Positions 30,380 through 38,339 of a stretch of 64,000 nt of DNA are shown piece after piece. The notes below the pieces were generated by a model that was not told the origin of the DNA, did not search any database, and saw only the letters and a program-made list of their open reading frames with translations. The stretch is from Candidatus Saccharimonadales bacterium (GTDB taxonomy: Bacteria > Patescibacteriota > Saccharimonadia > Saccharimonadales > 2-12-FULL-41-12). Positions within the stretch are counted from its first letter, which is position 1. Each line of letters begins with the position of its first letter. A program made the position numbers and the translations under genes. Location of the stretch: contig JAYRJB010000008.1 in assembly GCA_041906505.1 (NCBI GenBank), forward strand, positions 136,053 to 200,052, in the 5' to 3' direction.

Positions 30380-31162
30380 CTACGCGTGCTCCTCTTTGCC
30401 GTGCCCCGCAAGCGTTGCCGAAAGGTAAGCCGCACACAAAACAACAAAGATATAGGCCTGTAGGGCACCAACAAAGATCTCGAGCAACGTAAAAGGAAGG
30501 GCCGCAATCGGAGCCGCAAAAGTTCCTCCCAAATATGCTGCCACTGAAATCAGAATTTCACCAATCGCCACATTGAGAAAAAGTCGAAGCCCCAGACTCA
30601 ACAAACGCGTAAATTCTGTGAATATCTCGAAAGCGCCGATTAGGTAGGTGAGGGGATTCGTTGGTTTGAGTGGAAAATAATGCTTTAGGTGCGCCCTGGG
30701 ACCTTGCTCTTTTATGGCAATGATCTGCACCAGAACCATACCAAATACTGCCATTGCGACAGTACCATTTAAGTCTGCAGTGAACGGACGAAGCAGAGGG
30801 CTACCGTTGTACTCTATAGCCGGTCCCACTCCTGGCAATAACCCAAGCCAGTTGTTAAGCATAATAAAGAAAAACATCGTGGCAAAGATTGGCGCGAGTC
30901 GAACTGCAAGCCGTCGACTTCCAAGCGTTCCCTGCAAAAGATTCACAATAAACTCACTGCCAACCTCTAGCAAAGCGCCAATTCCTCTCGAACCTGTAAT
31001 CTTAACTCGTTTCATGGCAAGAACGAACATAATAATCAGCACAGTAGCCACTAGCCAACCGTACAGCATCGAATTGGTGATTGCAGCGCCTCCAATCTCA
31101 AACAGCTTTTCGGGCGCTATCGCAATGTGTGGACCCTCCTCAGCAGCAAATAGCGTCATCAT
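30380..31162 (-). CDS. atpB: F0F1 ATP synthase subunit a
   Basis: Polytopic membrane protein with the conserved LSLGLRLFLNVAIGE (essential Arg) region. Confidence 0.9.
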   Translation of the reverse strand: MMTLFAAEEGPHIAIAPEKLFEIGGAAITNSMLYGWLVATVLIIMFVLAMKRVKITGSRGIGALLEVGSEFIVNLLQGTLGSRRLAVRLAPIFATMFFFIMLNNWLGLLPGVGPAIEYNGSPLLRPFTADLNGTVAMAVFGMVLVQIIAIKEQGPRAHLKHYFPLKPTNPLTYLIGAFEIFTEFTRLLSLGLRLFLNVAIGEILISVAAYLGGTFAAPIAALPFTLLEIFVGALQAYIFVVLCAAYLSATLAGHGKEEHA

Positions 31163-31425
31163 TGTTTTTCATTCACTCCTATCTTTTTCACAATATTTCG
31201 TATTACCAATACGCCGAATATCATCCCCAAAAAGAACCCCGCGGTTGAAAATGCCTGGCCGCTGCCTCTGATTTTTGAGTCGATAAGCATGCCCACAAAT
31301 AGCGGCGAGAGCATTGCGCCAGATAGCCTCCAGGTAAGATCAAACAGACCTACAAAAAATGCACGCCTGGCGCGGCGTGTTAATTGTTGATCACTCGTCG
31401 ATATATCGGCGGGTTTTGTCGTCAT
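31159..31425 (-). CDS. AtpZ/AtpI-like small membrane protein at head of atp operon
   Basis: 88 aa, two TM helices, 4-nt overlap with atpB. Position is typical of atpI/atpZ. Confidence 0.55.
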   Translation of the reverse strand: MTTKPADISTSDQQLTRRARRAFFVGLFDLTWRLSGAMLSPLFVGMLIDSKIRGSGQAFSTAGFFLGMIFGVLVIRNIVKKIGVNEKQ

Positions 31426-31619
31426 TCCTTGCTTAAGTGTACAACGAAAACACCGAGGTATTCAAGGGGTAATTAAGCCTGGGTTATTATCATGAATAGC
31501 TGGTTGTTGGTTTGACAGGCCCTAGTTTTATCTATTCGCTAGGCTATCTTTTCCTCCAAAACCGAACATCAATGCCTATCAACTTTCCGTCTGCTAAGTG
31601 CTACACTGTCACAAAGCCT

Positions 31620-32303
31620 ATGAGTGAACACAACGCAGTCCTTTGGGACCTTGACAATACCTTGCTTCCAAGCAAAGAACTGACCAAGGAAGTCCTTGAA
31701 GTAGTTCTGCCAGAATTTGGTGTTCGTTCGCCCTCAAAAAAGGATATCCACAACGCCTTTGGCCTAAAACTGGAGGACTTTGTAGCTCATTTGAGCGACA
31801 ACCACCCCAACCACCCAAAAATACTAGACCGTTTTTTAGAAGAACAAGACCGTCGCTACCGTCAAGAAATCACGCTTTTCGAAGGTATGCTCGAGGTCAT
31901 CGCCGAGCTTGGGGAACTGGGCCTAAAACAGGCGATTGTTACGACCAGAGGCAATATCGACCGTAATGCCGCTTCGGCAACCAACATTGTCATAAAGTCT
32001 GGCATTGGCGACCACATCGATGTCGTGGTCAATCGAGATGATACCGACAATCACAAGCCACACCCCGAACCAGTATTGCTGGCTCTCTCCCAGCTATCGA
32101 TACAGCCAAAGAACGCGCTTATGATTGGCGACCAAACTGTTGATATGCAAGCTGGCAAGGCTGCGGGTACCTATGCACTCGGTATTGACCACGACGTTCA
32201 CGACGAAAATGTCCAGTCGTTATGGAAGGCTGGTGCCGACCACGTCGTCCACGGCGCGGGCGAGATTGTTCCTTACGTTCGAGACTTATTTGGGATAAAA
32301 TAG
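31620..32303 (+). CDS. HAD family hydrolase (phosphoglycolate phosphatase/PpaX-like)
   Basis: Motif I WDLDNTLL (DxDxT), a later T/S motif, K, and GDQTVDMQAG (motif IV). The ATG at 31620 gives a canonical N-terminus. Confidence 0.8.
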   Translation: MSEHNAVLWDLDNTLLPSKELTKEVLEVVLPEFGVRSPSKKDIHNAFGLKLEDFVAHLSDNHPNHPKILDRFLEEQDRRYRQEITLFEGMLEVIAELGELGLKQAIVTTRGNIDRNAASATNIVIKSGIGDHIDVVVNRDDTDNHKPHPEPVLLALSQLSIQPKNALMIGDQTVDMQAGKAAGTYALGIDHDVHDENVQSLWKAGADHVVHGAGEIVPYVRDLFGIK

Positions 32304-32307
32304 ATAT

Positions 32308-32550
32308 ATGGTAACGATTTATAGCACAAGAACCTGTGCGTTTTGTCACGCTGCAAAGCAATACCTTGAAGGCAAGGGGATTTCGTTCAAGGAAGTAAAG
32401 GTAGACGAGGCACCGGACGGCCCACAAACACTGCTGCAAAAATCTGGGCAACTTGGCGTGCCTGTGATTGACGTTGATGGCGAGATAATTGTTGGCTTTA
32501 ACCGCGAACAATTAGACGGCGCCTTGCGCGAAAAAAACATAGCTTCATAG
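32308..32550 (+). CDS. glutaredoxin-like protein (NrdH/YruB type)
   Basis: 80 aa. IYSTRTCAFCHAAKQYL with a CxxC redox motif and GVPVIDVDGEIIVGF. Confidence 0.85.
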   Translation: MVTIYSTRTCAFCHAAKQYLEGKGISFKEVKVDEAPDGPQTLLQKSGQLGVPVIDVDGEIIVGFNREQLDGALREKNIAS

Positions 32551-32632
32551 CATAGCCTCGCATAACTTCATAAAAACCACCCCGGCTAATTCATACCCCG
32601 CGCCCGCTCAACCTCCCAAAAATTCACACAGC

Positions 32633-32674
32633 AGTACTACTTTATTAAGCGATCGCGCATAAAAATAGTACTAC
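32633..32674. repeat. copy A of a ~40-bp palindromic element (AGTACTAC-N-TTAAGCGATCG-N-AGTACT)
   Basis: AGTACTACTTTATTAAGCGATCGCGCATAAAAATAGTACTAC. The left arm and core are identical or near-identical to copies B and C. It ends 2 nt from the stop codon of the PaaX/Cas2-fold gene. Confidence 0.8.
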
Positions 32675-32676
32675 GT

Positions 32677-33159
32677 TCATAGCTTTAGGTCGTGAGCTTC
32701 ATAGATAACAATATTATCGGCGAGCTTGAGCCGCCGTATTTCTTGCCTCAAATAATCTCGGCTGTCATACCTCGTTATCCAGACGCTCCGCTGAACCTGT
32801 CGGAACTTAAGCTGTTTCAGAAGAAGGCGGAATTGCTGCCTTTTATTTTTATCAACTTCTGGTATATCAAAAACTACTAAGAGCTGCGAACCCTTTAGCT
32901 TAGTCGGTGAATATTTCTGAAGCTTTGCTAGTCCTTTTGAGGTTACGAGCGGTGAGCCGTCATCGGTAAGTTCAACATAGCCTCGTTTTATCGCTTTATA
33001 ATATTCGTTCTTAATAGTCTGATTATTCTTATTGGATACTTTTTCGAGCTCTGCAAAAAACGCACCCGGCTTAAAGGCTAATAGCATATTCGGCCTCGTG
33101 TAGGGTATAAGCCCCTTGATGATGAATGACAGTGTTGTCTCATTGCGAAACCTGCTCAT
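32677..33159 (-). CDS. PaaX-family-like protein (N-terminal wHTH-like region + Cas2-like ferredoxin-fold domain)
   Basis: C-terminal half LLVVFDIPEVDKNKRQQFRLLLKQLKFRQVQRSVWI matches the v-v-y/f-D-I-P-x..R..lR..L...gF..lq.SVW pattern shared by PaaX middle domains and Cas2. No cas genes or array are nearby. Confidence 0.6.
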   Translation of the reverse strand: MSRFRNETTLSFIIKGLIPYTRPNMLLAFKPGAFFAELEKVSNKNNQTIKNEYYKAIKRGYVELTDDGSPLVTSKGLAKLQKYSPTKLKGSQLLVVFDIPEVDKNKRQQFRLLLKQLKFRQVQRSVWITRYDSRDYLRQEIRRLKLADNIVIYEAHDLKL

Positions 33160-33167
33160 AACAAAAT

Positions 33168-33207
33168 AGTACTACAAATTTAAGCGATCGATTAATATTG
33201 TAGTACT
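33168..33207. repeat. copy B of the ~40-bp palindromic element, in the divergent promoter region
   Basis: AGTACTACAAATTTAAGCGATCGATTAATATTGTAGTACT is an imperfect palindrome. It starts 8 nt upstream of the PaaX-like start codon and ends 35 nt before the CobO-like ATG. Confidence 0.8.
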
Positions 33208-33242
33208 GTTTTGTGTGAGACTTGTCGGTAGAATGGGGGGAT

Positions 33243-33812
33243 ATGGTGTTTGAGGACTATAAAACAAAAAGCTCCGTAGTTGTTGTCTATACCGGTGATG
33301 GCAAAGGCAAAACTAGTGCTTCCTTGGGACTTATGGCTCGAGCGCTTGGAAATCGCTGGTCGGTTGCCTTTATTCAATTCATAAAATACTGGGGGGTAAG
33401 CGAGCACACATTTATCAGAGATATCCAACCCCTATATGGAAACAAACTGTACTTTTACAAGGGCGGCAAGGGCTTTTATGATGCCGGGGAACTTAGCGCG
33501 CAAAAGATAACCAAAAAACAGCACAAAACTGCCGCTAGGGAAACCTATGATACCGCGCTGGAGGCAGTGAAAAGCGGGGACTACCAACTGGTTATTTGCG
33601 ACGAGATTAACAACGCGGTGCATGATGGACTACTGACCGTGAAGCAGCTTGAACAACTGCTAGCAGCGCGACATCCTACAACCAGCTTGTGCCTCACTGG
33701 GAGGAATTTTCCAAAACAGCTACTTGACCTGGTTGATATTGCCACTGATATGACCAAAATCAAGCACCATTTCGACGACAAATTTTTAGCTAACCCAGGC
33801 ATTGACTACTAA
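33243..33812 (+). CDS. cobO: cob(I)yrinic acid a,c-diamide adenosyltransferase family protein (CobA/CobO/BtuR)
   Basis: VVVYTGDGKGKTSASLG P-loop, FIQFIK, and LVICDEINNAV...LTGRN...DIATDMTKIKHHF, characteristic of the family. The start could be TTG 33222. Confidence 0.85.
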   Translation: MVFEDYKTKSSVVVVYTGDGKGKTSASLGLMARALGNRWSVAFIQFIKYWGVSEHTFIRDIQPLYGNKLYFYKGGKGFYDAGELSAQKITKKQHKTAARETYDTALEAVKSGDYQLVICDEINNAVHDGLLTVKQLEQLLAARHPTTSLCLTGRNFPKQLLDLVDIATDMTKIKHHFDDKFLANPGIDY

Positions 33813-33823
33813 CCCAAAACCGC

Positions 33824-34414
33824 ATGCCAAAAAAACGCGCTCCGCTTTCGCTCCCCCGGACTCCAAAACAATTTATCCCCTGGCTTATCGCAATGATTCT
33901 ATTGCTGGCAGTGGGCGCATCTCAGCTAAGCCCCGATGCCGCACCTAAGCTGATCAACATTCAGCCCGGCTACTACAGAGTTGTGGAGTTTTTTGACGGT
34001 GACACAATTGCGGTGGACATGAACGGGGTAAGCGAGAAAATTAGACTAATTGGGGTTGATACCCCCGAAACGCATGATCCTCGAAAAAGTGTGCAGTGCT
34101 ACGGAAAACAAGCCAGTGAATTCACCAAAAATCTTATCGGCAATAACCCCGTGCGTCTTGAAGCTGACCCGACAAATCAAAACCGTGATCGCTACAACAG
34201 ACTACTCCGATATGCCTACCTCCCGAACGGAACACTAGTCAACAGCGAGCTTATCAAGCAGGGTTACGGCTTTGCATACACCAGCTTTCCTTTTCAAAAG
34301 CTCGAAGAATTCCGCGAACTCCAGCGGCAAGCCCAAGAACAAAACCGTGGCCTATGGAGCACATGCGAGCCACAGACCAACGATTTTGGTGGGTTTACGA
34401 GCAACAGCCTCTAG
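33824..34414 (+). CDS. membrane-anchored thermonuclease (micrococcal/staphylococcal nuclease-like, SNase)
   Basis: N-terminal TM. DGDTI...IRLIGVDTPE active-site block, DRYNRLLRY and a C-terminal EAQ..GLW motif. Confidence 0.85.
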   Translation: MPKKRAPLSLPRTPKQFIPWLIAMILLLAVGASQLSPDAAPKLINIQPGYYRVVEFFDGDTIAVDMNGVSEKIRLIGVDTPETHDPRKSVQCYGKQASEFTKNLIGNNPVRLEADPTNQNRDRYNRLLRYAYLPNGTLVNSELIKQGYGFAYTSFPFQKLEEFRELQRQAQEQNRGLWSTCEPQTNDFGGFTSNSL

Positions 34415-35202
34415 TTGCCCCTTATTTTGTTGGCAACAATTATTAGTGGACTAAAGATAAAAAGCGCGTATGCTCCCAGCCATCCAAACACCCATTTGGG
34501 ATTGCTATGCGCTTTTAGGGTATTTGGCCACATAAGCATTCGGGGGCGTAGGCTGCGAAAATCGGTTAGAACCCTCCTCATAACGACCCCAACGACCAAC
34601 TTAGAGCGATAGGTTATCTGAAACGCATGCCGATGCATATGAATCGCAAGGTCTAAATCCTCATGAATATCATCTCTCTCACACACATCACCGCGCACTG
34701 CAAACCATACTTTCCTAGGCACGGCCATGTTCGAACCCCAGACAATATAGTGGCCAAGCAAAAAACGATTCATTCGAAACGTAATTTGTCCCACAATGAA
34801 TTGATGAAGGCGTCGGAGTGGAACGTTATAAAAATAGCCACTTCCCGTAAGCGCGTCATCTTGATGGTCGGGATCGCTGTAGAACTTTTTGACAAATGCC
34901 ACCCAATTTTTTGGCAAGATTGTATCAGAATCTATTCTGCCAAGTATTTGGCTACGGGCGCTGTTGAAGCCCTTATTCCTCGCATAAAAAACACCTTGTT
35001 TTTTCTCTTTAAGAAGCGTTACGAACCCATACTCAAGCGCAACCTCTGCGCTGTCATCAGTAGAATTGTTGTCGACGACAATAACTTCATCCGGAGCAAC
35101 AGATTGTTTCTGTATCGATTCCAAGCATACTCTTAGGTAGCGTGCGTCATTATAAACTGGTATGATTATGGATAACGTTAATGGTTTAATCTTTTTTACC
35201 AT
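34411..35202 (-). CDS. family 2 glycosyltransferase
   Basis: LSIIIPVYNDARYLRVCLESI...VIVVDNNSTDDS GT-A N-terminus and a DSD motif. Confidence 0.85.
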   Translation of the reverse strand: MVKKIKPLTLSIIIPVYNDARYLRVCLESIQKQSVAPDEVIVVDNNSTDDSAEVALEYGFVTLLKEKKQGVFYARNKGFNSARSQILGRIDSDTILPKNWVAFVKKFYSDPDHQDDALTGSGYFYNVPLRRLHQFIVGQITFRMNRFLLGHYIVWGSNMAVPRKVWFAVRGDVCERDDIHEDLDLAIHMHRHAFQITYRSKLVVGVVMRRVLTDFRSLRPRMLMWPNTLKAHSNPKWVFGWLGAYALFIFSPLIIVANKIRGN

Positions 35203-35220
35203 ACAAGCAGATCATAACAG

Positions 35221-36369
35221 ATGTCAGCAAAAACTAGAAAACCGGTGGGTAGGCGGCTGAGGGCCAGAAAAAAGAAGCATGCGGCATCTTTAAAGGCTCG
35301 GTTTCAGCGTGCATCTATTTGGCATAAGCTCGCATTACTTGTTGTGTGTGTGGTCTTCTTTTTTGTCTCGGTTATGTACGGCATTTCCCAGTGGTATATT
35401 GCCAAACACCGCAACGACCCACTCCAAATCGGCATGACCTTTGTGCCGTCTTATGCCCGCTACTATGGACTCGATCCAAAAGAAACCATGCAAGCAATTA
35501 TTGACGACTTGGGCATCAAAAGGTTGCGGCTCGTCAGCTACTGGGACAAGGGGGAACCCACGCCCGGAACCTACAACTTCAACGACCTGGACTGGCAGAT
35601 GAAATTAGCCGAAGCAAACGATGTGAAGGTAAGTCTTGCCATTGGGTTAAGGCAACCTCGGTGGCCAGAATGTCACCTCCCAAAATGGGCCGCAGGCCAA
35701 TCGGTTGACGAATGGTCCCCCCAGCTCAATAAATACATAGAGGCGGTAGTCAATCGCTACAAAGATAGCTCTGCGCTTCAAAGCTATCAGCTAGAAAACG
35801 AGTATTTTCTAGACGTATTTGGGGAATGTACAGACTTTAGCAGAGACAGACTAATTAGTGAATATAATCTTGTGAAATCGCTTGATCCAAACCGACCGCT
35901 GATTGTGAGCATGAGCAACAATGCCATCGGCACGCCAATCGGAGAACCCACACCTGATATGTGGGCAATCTCGGTGTACAAAAGGGTTTGGGACAAAACC
36001 ATCACCAAGCGCTATTTCGAGTACCCAATCCCAGCGTGGTACTACGGTTTTAGGGCTGGCTGGGTCGAGCTAACTCGTGGTAAAAATTCATTTATTCACG
36101 AGCTTCAGACAGAGGCCTGGCTACCAGATAATGGCAATTTCAAGATGAACAGCATCGCGTCAATCGACGAGCAAAATAAGTCACTTAACCCAGAACGCCT
36201 AAGAGATCGGATCGAATACGGCCGGGCAACGGGGATGCGAACCTTCGACCTTTGGGGAGGGGAGTGGTGGTATTGGCGCAAGGTTAAAGCCGGCGACTCA
36301 AGCTTGTGGAACGCAGCCAAGGACGAAATAACCCGAATTCAACTCGAAGACAGTTTGCGGGGAAAATAG
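35221..36369 (+). CDS. membrane-anchored clan GH-A-like (TIM barrel) glycoside hydrolase, family uncertain
   Basis: Basic N-terminus plus a TM. YQLENEY (Asn-Glu acid/base-like motif) and a later ELQTEAW (candidate nucleophile Glu). Clear paralog of 47304-48209. Confidence 0.6.
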   Translation: MSAKTRKPVGRRLRARKKKHAASLKARFQRASIWHKLALLVVCVVFFFVSVMYGISQWYIAKHRNDPLQIGMTFVPSYARYYGLDPKETMQAIIDDLGIKRLRLVSYWDKGEPTPGTYNFNDLDWQMKLAEANDVKVSLAIGLRQPRWPECHLPKWAAGQSVDEWSPQLNKYIEAVVNRYKDSSALQSYQLENEYFLDVFGECTDFSRDRLISEYNLVKSLDPNRPLIVSMSNNAIGTPIGEPTPDMWAISVYKRVWDKTITKRYFEYPIPAWYYGFRAGWVELTRGKNSFIHELQTEAWLPDNGNFKMNSIASIDEQNKSLNPERLRDRIEYGRATGMRTFDLWGGEWWYWRKVKAGDSSLWNAAKDEITRIQLEDSLRGK

Positions 36370-36377
36370 CAGCTGGC

Positions 36378-37436
36378 CTAAGACCGCTCGCTCATCTGAA
36401 TGCCGGCTTTGGCGATAACTGCCACCGCAATTGGGCTCATACCAATTGGGTAGTCTAACCCTTCAATCTCGACTAGCGTACGCCGCTCGTTGACATGCGA
36501 GTCTGGAGTAATCTTTACCGTCTCAAGGCTTCTGCATACCGTATGACCCACGCTGCGGGCAATCAACTTCTCAACCCGGGACGTACACTCTAGATCATTA
36601 CTAAGCTTTCCTTCGCCAAAGCCTCGAAATAGCGCTTGATTCATTGGTAGTGCGTATTGTTTATTGTGGACTGACAGATTTATTGCCTTGCCGAGCAAAC
36701 CACGTCCTCCAAAATGATGTTGATAGTGCCTGTTCAAGTATCCAAGATTTTCTTCCCTGGCAGCCCTTTGCAGACTCCCAAGCGACTGCCTCATATCCGA
36801 TTCAACATCAGACCCACCCCTTTTAATTGTATTTGGAGGATCAATCAGTGTCAGCGACCTCGGTTGCGCCATGAGCTGATTATTGTCATGCATAAATAAC
36901 GATAGCTGGGCTACTGACGCCGCAATAGCTGCTCCAGCGCCTACACCAACTACATGTAGACGCGATGGAGAAGCTTCTTGGTTTTGAACGACTTTCGCAA
37001 TTGTTTGAGCCACATGCGTAAAACTTCCCGATTTAAGTTCCTCCTCTACCTTACCTGGCGTCAATCCCTTGTCTTTATTTAAATACGAACTATAGTTAAA
37101 ATGATCATGACTTTGAGGAATCTGCACGCCAATAATATCAGTGTCGCCGTTATTTAAGCTGTCCAGAGCGAGCATCGTCAGAGATGTATGTACGGATAGG
37201 TGCGAGCCAATGTCTGGAATATATAGTACCCGACTCTCCGCTTTTGGGTCTGACGCTCGAAGCCCATAGTAAACAGGAGCTCCGTAGTCTGCCCATCTTT
37301 TTGGTAGTTGCCAAATCACATTTTTGCTGTTGAGACCAGAAAGTTTATGCATTGTTTCATGCATCTCAGCTGGACTCGCAAGCTCAATGGGATCTACCAA
37401 CCCCTCGAGTTGAGAGACAATAGTTTCTTGCACCAT
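36378..37436 (-). CDS. hypothetical protein (possible alpha/beta-fold with non-canonical elbow)
   Basis: I prefer the ATG at 37436 (MVQETIV...), since the longer track ORF would overlap smpB. RLHVVGVGAGAAIA resembles a nucleophile elbow with Gly in place of Ser. Confidence 0.45.
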   Translation of the reverse strand: MVQETIVSQLEGLVDPIELASPAEMHETMHKLSGLNSKNVIWQLPKRWADYGAPVYYGLRASDPKAESRVLYIPDIGSHLSVHTSLTMLALDSLNNGDTDIIGVQIPQSHDHFNYSSYLNKDKGLTPGKVEEELKSGSFTHVAQTIAKVVQNQEASPSRLHVVGVGAGAAIAASVAQLSLFMHDNNQLMAQPRSLTLIDPPNTIKRGGSDVESDMRQSLGSLQRAAREENLGYLNRHYQHHFGGRGLLGKAINLSVHNKQYALPMNQALFRGFGEGKLSNDLECTSRVEKLIARSVGHTVCRSLETVKITPDSHVNERRTLVEIEGLDYPIGMSPIAVAVIAKAGIQMSERS

Positions 37437-37499
37437 AGTGATATCTATTATAGCACATATTGTAATTTTTAGCAATATCCTCCATACTTGATAACTGTT

Positions 37500-37955
37500 A
37501 TGCCAAAGAAACCGGCGCGAACCACCACACGAATCCAAAACAAGCGAGCCATGTTTGACTACGAACTTAGTGACGACTATATGGCTGGTTTGGTTTTAAC
37601 TGGGGCAGAAACAAAGGCGCTACGTCTTGGACATGGCCACCTAAAAGGTGCCTATGTAACCGTTAAAGGCGATGAACTTTACCTTCTTAATGCCACAATT
37701 ACTGGATTCAGCGGCGTAAAACTTACCGAATCAGAGCAGACTAGAAGCCGAAAGCTTCTACTAAAAAAGAGAGAGATCAAAACTTTACTTGAAGCCAAAA
37801 AACAAGGTAAATCAATCATACCGACCGAGCTTCTTACCAATGGGCGCTACATAAAGCTTCGCATAGGCGTAGGAGTAGGCCGAAAGCAGCACGATAAACG
37901 CCAAGTTATCAAAAAACGCGACACCAACCGCGACATTGCCCGCACATTGCGGTAG
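37500..37955 (+). CDS. smpB: SsrA-binding protein SmpB
   Basis: IQNKRAMFDYEL...GLVLTGAETKALR...AYV and a basic C-terminal tail. ATG at 37500 (the track start 37488 is TTG). Confidence 0.9.
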   Translation: MPKKPARTTTRIQNKRAMFDYELSDDYMAGLVLTGAETKALRLGHGHLKGAYVTVKGDELYLLNATITGFSGVKLTESEQTRSRKLLLKKREIKTLLEAKKQGKSIIPTELLTNGRYIKLRIGVGVGRKQHDKRQVIKKRDTNRDIARTLR

Positions 37956-37963
37956 ATCACGTA

Positions 37964-38308
37964 TTGTTCTACCGTAAGAGTATGGCAGACAAACGAAAGT
38001 ATAGTGATCGTAGAGAATATTTGATTCGAGCAGTGTCTAAGCGCAGGCGCAATCTCAAAATAAAAGCGGTCAAGCTACTAGGAGGTGTATGTGTACTGTG
38101 CGGATATGATAAGCATTCCGGCGTACTCGATTTTCACCACATAGACCCAAAGCTTAAGTCGTTCGGTCTCGGTAGCGGGGGATTCTCAAGGTCATGGAAG
38201 TCTATAGAAGCAGAATCAAAAAAGTGCGTCCTAGTATGCGCAAATTGTCACCGCGAGATCGAACTTGGACTAACAACTGAGGATTTAACCCAATATTTAC
38301 ATCCCTAG
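37964..38308 (+). CDS. HNH endonuclease domain protein
   Basis: CVLCGY...LDFHHIDP...KCVLVCANCHREIE gives two Cys pairs plus HNH His/Asn-type residues. Confidence 0.7.
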   Translation: MFYRKSMADKRKYSDRREYLIRAVSKRRRNLKIKAVKLLGGVCVLCGYDKHSGVLDFHHIDPKLKSFGLGSGGFSRSWKSIEAESKKCVLVCANCHREIELGLTTEDLTQYLHP

Positions 38309-38339
38309 ATCAAACAGTTAAAATAGCTAGGTGCAATAT

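Noticed and set aside
30714-31271. 185-aa plus-strand ORF over atpB and the atpZ-like gene.
   Set aside because: It is antisense to well-supported atp genes, so it is a shadow ORF.
32677-33159. The Cas2-like sequence pattern could indicate a CRISPR-Cas locus.
   Set aside because: No cas1 or other cas genes and no direct-repeat/spacer array occur anywhere in the window. The flanking repeats are palindromes present once per side, not an array. A PaaX-like regulator is the more economical reading.
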